In this document: piece by piece, positions 37,685 to 50,153 of the stretch
Numbering within the stretch: the stretch's first letter is position 1
Layout of the letters: the number at the start of each line of letters is the position of its first letter
Assembly: GCA_965649765.1 (NCBI GenBank)
Contig: OZ287750.1
Span: 32,984,001-33,048,000 of the forward strand
DNA: 64,000 nt
From: Bispira polyomma
Taxonomy: Eukaryota
Direction: 5' to 3'
Notes under the pieces: model-generated
The model's input: only the letters and a program-made list of their open reading frames with translations
Told to the model about the DNA's origin: nothing
Databases searched by the model: none
Made by a program: the position numbers and the translations under genes

Positions 37685-38799
37685 TATGTACAATTCATAT
37701 TCTACATGCTACTTAAGTCAACTAATTTATAAAAGGAGGTTTGAGTGTCTATATTTATAAACATGTTTTTTTTAAAGTTAAATGACAGATGTATGCTTGA
37801 CTTGTCTACGAAACATGCCTCTCTGTGAGTACATCCCAAAGTTTCACCAAAACCAAATTCCTTTAATGTAAAATAATATTATTCCACAGATAAATGGAAA
37901 ACAATAATTTCTTTAAGTTGTTGTAAAACATGTATTTCTATAGACCTTGCAACAGTTTATTACATTATGAAACATATTATGACATGACCAGAGTGCTCTC
38001 TAATGAAACAAAAATGAGAACTAATGTCACCCTTCTGATCCATTTTTAAATATGACTTAAATATGACAGAAATTAATGATCCCTCCTAAGGATAATTGTT
38101 AGTATAGTCATTTCATGGAGATTCACTATATTTTTCGAAGATGTGTGGGTCATTTATTACATCCAGAAAAGGCCAAATATGTCTTTGGTGCAAGACACAG
38201 GCTACTTTTAGGACTTTAGGTAGTACTCAAGTGCCATCATCATAAAACGACTGCATTAAAACTACAATTATGTTAAGCATGTAACAAAACAACCTTGCAG
38301 ACAAAGTACAAGTAACATTTCTATAATAAATTCCCTGATAGTCAAATTACATATGGTCTGAATTTAATCCCAGTTTCACTAAACCATGCACTCGGAAATA
38401 TTACCATTCCCAAGTTAAGTGTCACCTGAGGCAAATTTATAAACTTTCAGATACTCCATTCAGTTTTTAGTGATATTTAGCAGTTGATGAAGAAGACAAA
38501 CATTGAAAACAAGAAGGACACCATATGGGATGTCACATATTTATCTGCTTATAAAAAAATATATACTACCTTATGAAATATTTCATCACCATTTGGATTT
38601 AACCCTTATTTTGTGTTGAATGGAATCTAGGCATAGTTAGTTGACCTCTTTTACATCTTACATCTTTCATTAGCTCAACAAGTTCATTGATGTCAATGCT
38701 AGCACGGGCGATTATATAGTAATATATAGATAATATATAAAAATTTCACGTTTGGCAACAAAGGTAACTGATGACCTATATATTGCTATAAGTATGTCA

Positions 38800-41700
38800 A
38801 ATTTGGGGATATTGTCCAAAAAACACATTTTGCACAATTAAACAACAACATATAGTTCAAAAAGAAATACTATTCACTTTTAAGTGATAATTTAGCAAAA
38901 CAAGAAGTTATTACATAGTACAAAAGATGAATGATAGGATGACATGTAACATGTGAGACATTAAAATCGAATTAATAGTAAACCTATTGGTGTGTGAAAT
39001 AAACAACTGTACTATGTCCAATAGTGTTTGATCAATTTTAAAAAACCAATGTCATACAGTAAAATATGTGATAACTCACTTGGACTATCAAGTAGATTAA
39101 TTTAAGGTATATGAGTACTTATGTTCTGTAGCATTTCATCTCTATATGCAGCATAAGCAGCGCATTTTATGAAATAATGTGTCACAGTTTCTGGACCAGT
39201 TTTACACACAGAGCAGCAGTCGTGTTCTATGAAGTTGTATGATCTACGGTGGAAGTTCAAAGCATTTAGACCCATTCTAAGCCTACTGTGGTACACTGCA
39301 GGTTTACCTGTGTGCCACAAGTTTGCTTTATTAAATTTTACTTGATAGTTTGATTTTAGCTTTGACTTAAAAATTTGAAGTGATAAGACACCTCTCATGT
39401 CAGAGTTAAGATGGTTTCAAAGTCTTATAACTGATGGAAAGAATAATTTGTAGTAATAGTCTTTCTTACAAAGAATTGGCTGAATATGCGTATTATTTCT
39501 CAGATTATAGCCATGCACACCACCCTTGGGACATAACTTGTAAAGATATTCTGGAGAATAATGATTCAGAATTTTATACATTAGGACAAGTTTTTTTATC
39601 AAACGTCTGTCTTTGAGCAGTTCTAATCCACATTCAGATAAAATACATTTATGTTTAGTAGCTTTATAGGCCCCAGTAATTGTTAAGCAAAACTGTTGTT
39701 GTATCGATTCTAACATCTTTTGTTGTTCAACAGAGCAGCTATCATACAATTCTGCCCCATACACTAACATAGGTCTAGCATAACTCGCATATATCTGTCT
39801 CTTAGCTAAACGGGGCAGCTTGAATGACAATCGCTTTAGCTGAGATAGTATTTCGAATGCTTTGAATTTTGAGTGCTTTAATTGCTATATTTTCTATATG
39901 ATTGTTCCAGGTCATCTTAGAATTAAATGTTACTCCAAGATGGGTCAGACAGCTTACTTTTTCAAGTTAACTGTCGCCCAGATACAGATCAGGATTATCT
40001 GTTGGTGTCAATTTCTTTGAAAATATTATGTATTTAGTTTTAAGAGGGTTAAAATTCACTAACCAACCATTTTTTTGCCCATTTATTTAAACAATCAAAG
40101 TCTTTATTAAGGAGCAAGAAATCACATTCAGGACTTGATATTGGCCTACACAAAGATGTGTCATCTGCTTATAGAAAACTTTCAGACTCAAGATCATCAG
40201 CTATATCATTAAAATAAATTAAGAAAAGTAATGGACCAAGGATAGACCCCTGTGAGACCCAACAAATAATTTCAATATAATTTGAGCTCTTACCCCCAAT
40301 CACAACTCTTTGTTTCCTATTTTTTAAGTAATCTTTTAACCATTGAAACAGTGTTCCACCAATTCCAATTTTTTTAAGTTTATGTAATAAACCGGGGTGC
40401 CAAACTCGATCAAAAGCTGCTGTGGCATCAAGTCACACAAAGCAACAGTCCTGTCTATTTTCTAAAGCACTATAAATTTTATGAGTGATGGCAATGAGCT
40501 GATTAATAGTTGAGTCCCGAGGTTTGTAGCCGGAGTTCCTCCAAGTTAAAATATTATTTTGAATACAGTAGTTATACAGAGAAAAAATTACTCGTTCCAG
40601 TACTTTACGAACATTTGACAATAATGAGATAATGGCCGATAGTTGTTTATATCTTGCTTATCATTTTTTTCCTTTGTAAACTGGAGATACATTTGCTCTT
40701 TTCCAGCAACTAGAAACTTTGCCTTGAGATAAAGAGCTGTTAAACAGGTCACTTAAAGGTTTTGAGATAACACCACATGTTTCATTTAGTAACCTATTAC
40801 TCACATTGTCAGGACCATTTGCCTTATTAATATTTAAAGATTGCAATATTTTGTTGCTCTTCGGATGTCTGTATTGAACATAAGCTGTAGGGGGTATGTC
40901 CCAATATTTTTGGCAGTTTAGGTAATTCAGTATTATTTGGAAGTTTTGACTTCCTGACAAAATGCTGGTTAAATACCTCACACTTTTGTTCATTTGTGGA
41001 AACAACATTTTCTCTGTAAATAAGTACTGGGTATGCTAGACCTACATTTTTGGCCGTAGGTTGTCTTTAGCAAATGCCAATAAGTTTTTGACAAGCAGCT
41101 TGGGTTGTTAAGTTTTTCAATACTTCTATTGTGGTAGTTTTCCTTAGATTGCATAATTGATGATTTTACTTGTTTACGACATTCGCTAAACCAGTTATAA
41201 TGCACTGTATTATTAGTACAATTCTATAACTTCCAAATCTTATTTTTTTTTCAGAAGTTTATGTATATCTTCTGTCATGAAGAATTTATCCCTCGGCCTT
41301 ATTACAACTGTTCTATAGGGTATGAAATATTCTTAAGAAATGTTCTACCTAAATATCAGCCCGGTCATCTATATCCAGAGCACTAAAAGCATGCCAAGGT
41401 ACAAGTTCTAGCTCCCCACAAAAATTCACAAAATCACCCCTGTTATAATGCCACACATCTCTTGTGTAAAAATGAGCTTTGACATGAGTAATAGCTGTTT
41501 TACAAAAAATCATATTGTGATGTGGATCTCCAATTGGTTCAACCACACCATGATCCATAATGATACCAGGGGAATTAATTAAGTCAAGCAGATGAGTGGA
41601 CGTTGGTGTAGTGTGTGTTGGAGATTCTATGATTTGAAAAAGATTGTTTTGACTGATCAAATTTTTGAATTTGTCTTTTAATTCACTACTTGGATGGTCA

Positions 41701-43281
41701 TCTACCCAGTCTATACACCAGTCATTAAAATCACCTAATATAAAGAGAGAATCATATTTACTGTTATATATCAAGTCTAACATACACTGGAAGTCAGCAA
41801 TGAAGCTATCAGCTTGTTTAACTGTTGCCCCAGGTGATCTGTAACAACTCACAATTAGGCAATGTTTTGAATTTACAATGACTTCCAATACAACTGCTTC
41901 TAAATTTGAGTTACAAAGGTCAGTTCAATTTTTTGAACAGCTAAATTTTCTGCAGTGTATATAGCTACACCACCCCTATGTCTATTCCGATCTTTACGAT
42001 AAAGACTATATCCTTCTGGCAATATATCAGAGTCAGGTATATTGGAATCCAACCATGTCTTACTCATACAGATCAAATCATATTGACCATCTAAGCATAA
42101 CTTGGAATTCATAACATCAAGTTTGAAAAAATTATTAGAACATACAGTTCGAACATTTATATGACATATTTTAAATCTAGTTTTACTACAATTTGACAGT
42201 AACTGCCCTGGAGCTGCTCAGTTCTGTAATGTGCCAGTCATGGTAGAAAATATATCAAGTATAAACATGAAATGATACAGAACAGTCTCAATCCAAAGGA
42301 AAATATACCTTTAAAACAACCTAACCTTATGCATAAGTCACACATGTTGTTTGGAAATGAATGAGATGACAAATGGAGTCCAAGGGAAATTACAATAAAC
42401 ATAAAGGATTTACACAAGAAAATCTCCCACTGGCAAACTAAAACATGTACAGAACTTTATAGGTAATCATTCTTTATGGTTTGATTCGATTAAAAATTGC
42501 TATCTAGTACAGGAAAAGAACAGTAAAGTGTAATTACAACAGTTTAAATGTAGCTAATGATCAATTTAGAGGTTTGAGTATATATTTTAATTGATATAAT
42601 TTAACTAACCGCTACTGGTAGCTAAAAGATTTTACAACTTAATTACATTTATCCTGGTTAAACATATGCATTTTTAGTACAACATTTGTTAAGAATGCAA
42701 GTGTCAATATCAGCCCAGCATTGGGAAGCACAACTTAATTACATTTATCCTGGGTAACCATATGCATTTACAATACTTAAAATTTGTTAAGCATATAAGT
42801 CTCAACATTCACAGCCCAGCATTGTCAAGCATAACTTCTGTTACATCCCTAATCAAATCAAACCTCTTCTGGCCAATGTTTGGCCCATTGTGGACATGTG
42901 TGACGGCTCTAAACAAATTTTTCTTGTTACTCTGATCAAGTGCCCGTCTAATATCCATGCTGACTCTGACCTCACCGTCATCACTGTAACCTTCCACTAG
43001 GTCTTCAGAACTATTCTCAAATCGATACACATAGATCAAGTGATGTGCAGAGCCTGCTGATGTCCCTTGATAAATTGCATCCCTTGCCAAACATGCCTCC
43101 ATGATACTATTCACCTGAACAGCATTAGCCTGGAAATAACTGTCTTCATACTCCGTCACTTCAGAGTGCACCATGTCATTGTACTCAAACACATCATCAG
43201 TAGCCTCAGTAGCCGGCATGGGATTTTTAACAAATTCACCATCCACAATCTGCTTGTTATGTAATAGTTTATTATTAACTA
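38800..43281 (-). mobile_element. Decayed CR1-like LINE (ORF1 C-terminus with IMPACT domain, ORF2 EN-RT-CCHC), 5'-truncated, tail deleted
   Basis: Fragmented ORFs: KICHINVR, CYRSPG, GDFN, KANGPDNVSNRLL, WKRANVSPVYK, SQGSILGPLLF, SRLRMG...CSVC..GPETVTHYFIKC; absent from the paralogous units, whose sequence resumes at ~43282. Confidence 0.85.
42809..43261 (-). pseudogene. IMPACT/YigZ (UPF0029) domain-containing ORF remnant, probable C-terminus of the CR1 ORF1
   Basis: SYFQA, SAHHLIYVYR, DDGE, KN, GPNIGQKRFDLI match the IMPACT-family motifs (S.FQA, A.HNI.AYR, DDGE, GG..LG..RF..I) in order and spacing; no RWD domain, no introns. Confidence 0.8.
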
Positions 43282-44470
43282 ACAAAGAAAGTTCAATGGT
43301 TAACAAACCTGTTACATTGTAAAAATACCTTTTAAATGGTAATTTTTTTTGCAGTTCAATACACTTCATTGTTTCTTTCTATATACATATACATCAATAA
43401 ATATAATACAATATATACATTAGTGACATATGTATAAATAAATATAATACAATATATACATAAGTGTCATATGTATTAATAAATATAATACAGACAGACA
43501 AAATATTAACTATTTTTTGCGAGCTTCTTTTCGTTAATAAAGATATCTACTTAGAACCTTTTGCTAAAATTTTGATTGTGCATATTATATTTGCTTAATA
43601 GTTGTTCCTCCAAAACACTCTTTGGAAACTTTCTGTAACATTTAAAATTTAGTTGGCAGTTTTTATTAGAACATTTCAAACCTAATCTATGCATTAATAA
43701 CAGCAGTAAATTCAGTGGTCAAAAATAATCATCCAAGTTAGTATATCCAATATTTTCATTTCCGCACTAAAAATTATAGTTATATTCGGATTGTCTTTAA
43801 TTAATGCACATAAAATATTCCAAAAACATTGTTTTTTTTCCACATTGAACAAACAAATGGTGGGCAGTTTCTGTACCTTTTTTATACACATAGACTATAC
43901 ATATCATTGTTTAATACTTTAATCTTACTAAGGTATTGCCTAGTACTAAGTATATTATATAAAATTCTATATTGAAACCATTTCAGTGTATTATCATTCA
44001 CTTTGTTGAAGCTTATTTGGTCCTTTTCTTTCTTTAAATTCAAGTTGTTTTGCTGATACACATATTTTTCCTACTGAGTTCATCAATTTTTCTATCCCAA
44101 TTAAAATTGTATAGAATACTATTAATTTCATCTAGCGTTTGTTTCATTACTTGGATAGACGTGAATAAATGATTCAGAATTGGTAATAGTAAAGTTTTAA
44201 CAACTGTTATTTTACCTATGGGCGCCAAAAACGATTTCACCAATGTGCTATTGTAGATATTACTTTCTTTATTGACTTATCAACTTTTTTGTTGAAATAA
44301 ACTTCAAATCTACAGAAGATCACAACAAGTTGAAATTGGTCACGCCCAAATTTAAGTCCATATTTACATGAAGCTTGTATTTAGAATATCTTTTTTTCCC
44401 AATCCAAATCAATTTTGTCTTTTCTGTATTAACTTTTAAGCCGGACCAGGAACCATATATTTCATGTTAT
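43282..44470 (-). mobile_element. Decayed L1/Tx1-clade ORF2 3' fragment (part of duplication unit 1)
   Basis: LAPIGKITVVKTLLLPILNHLF, FNWDRK; paralogous to 52950-55110 and 59450-60930. Confidence 0.8.
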
Positions 44471-44474
44471 ATAT

Positions 44475-47400
44475 ATATTTCGAGTTTCGGGTGACCTTCA
44501 ATGGGGAGGCCATGAGTTTAAGTTATTAGGTCTGGACTTTTCCACAAATCCAAACAGTATTCTATCCATAACTATTGACAAAGCTATGAAGAAGGCTAAA
44601 CTGATGCTCCAATCTTGGAAATATAGGACATTGACACCCATTGGAAAAATAACAGTGATAAAAACCATAGTTCTACCAATGTTCAACCATTTATTTCTAT
44701 CAATTCCTACACCAAGTAATATCCTTCAAGATATAAGCACTATGTTTTTTAGATATCTTTGGGATAGAAAACCTGACAAAATAAGTAGGAAAACTGTATG
44801 TAAAGATTACTCAGCAGGTGGACTGCGAATGATAAATGTACAGAACTTTGAGAAATCTTTAAAACTGATCTGGTTAAGAGCTATTGTATCAAGTAAAAAC
44901 CAAATTTGGTATCAACTTGAATTGTGAATGGTGTTCGACTTTAATGAAAAACTTGAACCCATTCTGGAAAGCTGTTTTCTCTTACTGGATTGAAATAAGT
45001 AGATTTAAGAAGGTTACCTCTAATATAAACATTTCATTATTATAGATTTTTAACGCGCTTTATTGATGCTAGGCATCTTCTAAAGCGCAACAGCAGAATC
45101 ATTGGTCCAGTCATTAAGTCCATGGACATTGCAAAGTCGTCAGGAAGGAAGTGGGAGCGTGCACGAGGAAAGCTAAGGTGGGTAGGCAAGATTAAAAAGA
45201 TAGGTTTCAAGCTTTTTCCTAAAACCGATTAGTGTGTCAACGGATTTGAGGTCGACTGGGAGACTATTCCATAACCGTGGAGCTGCAGTGGAGAACACTC
45301 TGAATCCCGCCTTTCTGATTGGTCTGACCGAAGTGACCGAGAAACTGTTGCCTCTCTTGCGGTTACTAAAGGAAAGAAGGGAGGCAAGGTAGGGGGGGCT
45401 GTTGAGTGACTACAGCCTTAAAAGTAATGACGTGAATCTTAAACAAAATGCGAGATTTAATGGGCAGCCAGTGTAATTTTTTGAGGTAAGGAGTGACATC
45501 TGTGCGACAACACAGGCGAAAAATGACCCTACATAGGTAGTTTTGGATGGACTGGAGCTTTTTAATGTGTGACTTGTTTGCTCTGTACAAGAGAGAATTG
45601 CAGTAGTTGAGGCGGCTATTCACAAGGGCATTTGCCACAGTTATCGCTGTGTCCATGGACAAGTGATTTCTGATACTTTTGATGTCGCATATGTGGTAAT
45701 AGCAGGAGCGACAGATGTTGGTAATATGAGTATCGAACGAAAAAGCTGAATCAAAAGTGACACCCAGGTTTTTAGCGTTTTCGGAAGGTAGGGAGAGCAG
45801 GGAGATGGGAAACAAAGATTTTAGGAGTTCACTGTCTTTCTTGTTTCCTATGAGGATGAATTCTGTTTTGTCAGGGCTAAGTTTTAGTTTAGAGTAGTTC
45901 ATCCACGCCTGGACATCAGACAGACAGTCTGCAAGTAGGTCTATGTTAGTATTTGCATTTTGCGGATTGAGAGAGAGATAGACTTGAGTGTCATCTGCAT
46001 ACATGTGGTGGTTGATACTGTGTTTATTGATGACAGTGCTGAGAGGATGTGTATAAAGGGTGAAAAGTAGAGGGCCAAGGACGGATCCCTGGGGTACTCC
46101 ATATGGTAGCTTTATGGAAGATGATAGGAGATCATCTAATTTAATTCTTTGTGCCCTAAGAGTAAGGTAGGATCTGATCCATTTAAGGACACTGCCATTT
46201 ATACCGAACCACTGCTTGAAAGTGTCGCAGAGCAGGACATGATCAATAGTGTCGAATGCAGCAGAGATCCAGAAGGATGAGGGCCACTGTGTTGTTGTGG
46301 TCCAGTGCAAGATTGATATCATTGCTGATGGAAAAAAGGGCACTTTCTGTAAGCTTTCTCAATAACTTTTGAGACGAAGCTTTAACACTGGTCTGTAGTT
46401 TTTGAGCTGGTTTTTATCAAGTCCTTGTTTTTTAATCCAGGTTACATTTGCCGTCTTGAAACAGGTGGGAAAAACAACGTCCCGAAGAGAAAAATTTAAT
46501 ATGTTTGTTATGGGTGTGACTAGAATGTCAAGACATTGACTTAGAATAACTGCTGGGATGGGATCTAATTCACAAGATTTAATAGTAGAGGATTTGATGA
46601 GTTTCAAAACTTGAAGTTCTGACAGTGTACAGAAATGAAACAGGTTACAAACCTTATATCTTGGGGCTGGAGGATTGAAGTGATGTATTGTTGGGAAGGC
46701 GTCACGAATGTTGCTGATTTTTTCTATGAAAAATTTTCCAAATTTTTCGGCTAAAAATGTAAGGCAGTGGTTTATGGGGAGAACATTCTCAGATGTTCGA
46801 TGTAGAATTTTGTTTATGGAGGCCCATAACCTTTTGGGATTATCCTGATTTTCACTGATGATGGAGTCGTAATGTTGCTTTTTGGCATCAGTTATTAGCC
46901 TGTTGAAATTATTTGTGGCGATACGGTAACGCCTTCTGTCTAAGGAGGATTTTGTGTGTCGCCATTGACGCTCAAGTTGGTGTTTGCACCTTTTGGCCTT
47001 TGTAATGGTGGCATTGGTCCATTCATGGCGGTTGGTTGGGGGAAGGGTTTTAGATACCCATGGCGCATGTTTATCAAGGATAGTAGAAAGGCAGTGATTG
47101 TATTGTAAGCTAAGGCTTTCAGCATTTTTGCATGGATGTTTGATGAGATTATTTTGGAGGATATCGTTTATATTGTTTATATTGATTTTTCTGATGTTTC
47201 TGTATTTTATGACACAAGGTTTATGTGAGGCAGGTATTGGTAAATTTAAATAGGCAAAGGTTGCTAGGTGATCTAAAATCCCATCAGTTACCCATAATTC
47301 TCTGATGAGATTTGAATTTGGTCTTGCGATTACCAGATTGAGTATGTGATTCTGGATGTGGGTTGAAGTGGAGATAAACTGTGAGAACCCAAAAGTGTCG

Positions 47401-49120
47401 AGGAGGTTGTTGAAATCTTTTGTCATAGTATTTTCTATGTCGACCTTGATGTTGAAATCACCAAGGATGATAGCTTCAAATGGGAGAAGGTTAAGGGTCT
47501 CTAGGAATTCGGAAAACTCTTAAAGTAAAAGTAGTTAAAGAAGGGATGGGTGGTCTGTAAAAGGAGGAAACTAGGAATGAGTGATAACCGTTTGAAATTT
47601 TGCATGAAATGTGTTCAAAAGAAAAGTAGGACTGTTTTTTTAGAATTTCACAGGAAAGGGTACTCTTTACAAAAATGCCAACTCCTCCTCCGCGTTTGTG
47701 GAACCTGGGAAACTGAAGAAATTTGTAACCCGGAGGAGTAATATCCGACAAAAAAGATGTTGTATCTCTACTGCTGAGCCACGTCTTGGAGACGGCAGCA
47801 ATATCCAGGTCCTGGGCTATGACTAAGTCGATAGCCGCAGGCACCTTATTCCGCAAGGAACGGGCGTTAACTGCACCAAAAAAAAACGGTCAAAAAATGG
47901 TGTATTTGATGGAGAGCAGGCACTCCATTTATGTATTCTGACACTGGCCAGAACCATACACGGGAGAAGCGTAAAACAGAACTTCCACATCGCAGAGGTG
48001 AAGGAGCAGTAGCAAGAAAAAGTAAAAAGAACCAAAGTAAATATAGAGGAAAAAAATCACTGCTAGACAGTATCAAAATGAAGGATGTAACCCATTGCAT
48101 GTAAAAGCAGTTGTAGTATAAAAATATGTGAGAAAATTCACATAGAGGAAAAGGAAATGCGCAGAAAAAAACGAAGTCGTAAAACGGGGTATGTGAGCGA
48201 TAATGGCAGAAGGTTAAACAACTAAGTGAAAAATACTAAAAACGACCCATAAAGTCAAACAAAGTAAATATGATAAAAGAAGCAGTAGTTAACGAAAAGG
48301 TGTGATGTTTTTAGCCATAACCCGGAGGTACCAGTAAAAATGAGCCGATTTACGAGTTGTAAATTTTAAAATGCTACTTAACTGGTGCACGCTAAACCCA
48401 CACTTAACCAGTAGTATTTGGTTTAACAAAGAATTGTCAAGCAGAAAATTATTTTACAAAAGTTGGTAAAAAAATGGTATTAATACAGTTGGTGATGTTG
48501 TGGATTAAGAAGGACTATTTGTTAGTTTAGAAGATCTGAAAAATATATCATTTTAATATTAATTTCTTACATTATTTTACAGTTAGAAAGTTGGTTACAT
48601 CCTTTATTAATACTTATAAAAAGAAAAATGATTTTCTAAAATTAAGACCATATATACCATTCCAGATAAAATTACTAGTAGGCAGTAATAAAAGTACAAA
48701 AGATATCTACCTGTCACTTAGTAAATTCAATGATACTCCTTTAAAGAATAAAACAAAATGGAATTTGGATATGAAAGAAAAATTAGATACAGTCAAATGG
48801 AAAAGATTGTACACTGCATGCTTTTTTACAGTTAGGGACAATAGTTATATATGATCTCAGTACAGGATTATTTACAGAATAATGGGTGTAAACCACAACT
48901 TGTTTATAAGTAAAGTATCAAAACATGATTTATGTACATTATGTCGACAATATAGTGAAACCTTCCTTCATATATTTTCTGAATGTTCTAAGGTAATAGA
49001 TCTATGGCACAATGTTAAATGCTGGATAAACCGTAAAATGAATATGACACTTGAATTGAACCAAACATCACTTTCTCTAGGATATACGTCAAAATGAAAT
49101 GTACTGGCCTTTAAATTTTT
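44475..49120 (+). mobile_element. Second L1/Tx1-clade fragment, split by an L2 insertion (44475-45034 and 48404-49120)
   Basis: SWKYRTLTPIGKITVIKT, FFRYLWDRKPDKISR, GGLRM; resumes ..SSIWFN; C-terminal CTLC.QYSETFLHIFSEC zinc knuckle. Confidence 0.8.
45035..48403 (-). mobile_element. Near full-length, frameshifted single-ORF L2-type LINE (~3.4 kb)
   Basis: NARSLRNK, FYRPP, KSCELDPIP, KNYRPV, SAAFDTIDH, GVPQGSVLGP, YADDTQ, SRLNYCNS, LHWLP across broken ORFs 45366-47856; short (taa)n-like tail. Confidence 0.92.
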
Positions 49121-49427
49121 ATTAGTTTTCGACAAACAACAGCAACAGATACCAGACAACAGAGGTGTTACATAACAAAAACCTTCTAGCACATATCAAG
49201 ATGCTGACATTTGGTCACTCTACATAGAGAGCAGTGTTCAGTATAACTATTCCACTACTGTTGATAGCCAATTTACACAACTGGTGTGCCAAAGAATGCA
49301 CATTCCTGGGATCATTAGGCTGGACAGGATGGGTGCCTTTGACTGTATATATAGGCAGTATATCACTGCCATTACACAGTTCAATCATCTTGTAGTATTG
49401 AATAGACATCACAAACCACTTGACAGA

Positions 49428-50153
49428 ATGAAGCTGTTGTTGATAGTTCTAGCTATGGTGGGTATAGTTTCGGCAAGTGTAAAAGAAACCAAGCATGTGA
49501 AAGAAAAAAAACATTATGATAAACATGAGGTCTCCTACAAGAAGCAATATTCTTATCATGGGAAATATAATGGCAAATGTAACAAAGATGGATTTTACTA
49601 CAAAGATGCAGAGAGCTTTGTCATTTGCAGTAATAACAATGCTTATGTCCAACCTTGTGCACCAGGAAGTAGAAATTCAGGTTATGAAAGCTTCAATTCT
49701 GGTGCTACCTATTACTATCGTGACTTTTGTGACATCAACCTGGTTGATCATGGTTACGATGTAAGCCATTATGGAACCCCTGACAAGACATCACATTATG
49801 GTGGACCCAAGCAGGAAGTGTCTTACAGCAAGCAGTATGCTTATCATGGAAAATATGATGGCAAGTGTGATAATGATGGCTTCTATTATAGAGATGATGA
49901 TAGCTTTGTTATCTGCAGCAACAACAATGCTTATGTTCAGCCATGTGCCCCAGGAACACGCAACTCTGGCTACAACAACTACTATCCAGGATCTGCTTAT
50001 TATTACCGTGACTTCTGTGATGTCAACCTTGTAGATTATGGCTATGGTGCACACTATGGTGGATATGTCAACAAAGGTATTAACTATGGAAGACCTGATG
50101 TTCACAAAAGACAAGACCAATACACAGAGTCCGGTGATAGATATAGTAGATAG
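49428..50153 (+). CDS. Secreted Tyr/Gly-rich CBM14-like tandem-domain protein, copy 2 (241 aa)
   Basis: Same architecture and 726-bp length as copy 1; signal peptide, 8 Cys, TATA at 49346, AATAAA at 50323. Confidence 0.88.
   Translation: MKLLLIVLAMVGIVSASVKETKHVKEKKHYDKHEVSYKKQYSYHGKYNGKCNKDGFYYKDAESFVICSNNNAYVQPCAPGSRNSGYESFNSGATYYYRDFCDINLVDHGYDVSHYGTPDKTSHYGGPKQEVSYSKQYAYHGKYDGKCDNDGFYYRDDDSFVICSNNNAYVQPCAPGTRNSGYNNYYPGSAYYYRDFCDVNLVDYGYGAHYGGYVNKGINYGRPDVHKRQDQYTESGDRYSR

Noticed and set aside
43282-43369. N-terminal part of the 186-aa ORF as the start of a host IMPACT gene
   Set aside because: These codons come from the duplicated unit sequence beyond the insertion junction; no RWD domain or introns, so not the cellular IMPACT locus.
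47975-48020. LLLLLHLCDVEV on the minus strand as a second 2A-like motif in the older L2
   Set aside because: No NPGP follows and the frame hits a stop before the endonuclease; probably chance.
49284-49427. N-terminal extensions of the array ORFs in the ORF track (also 35876, 55850, 61453)
   Set aside because: They start at GTG/TTG or within or upstream of the TATA box and differ between copies; the conserved ATG with signal peptide is MKLLL.
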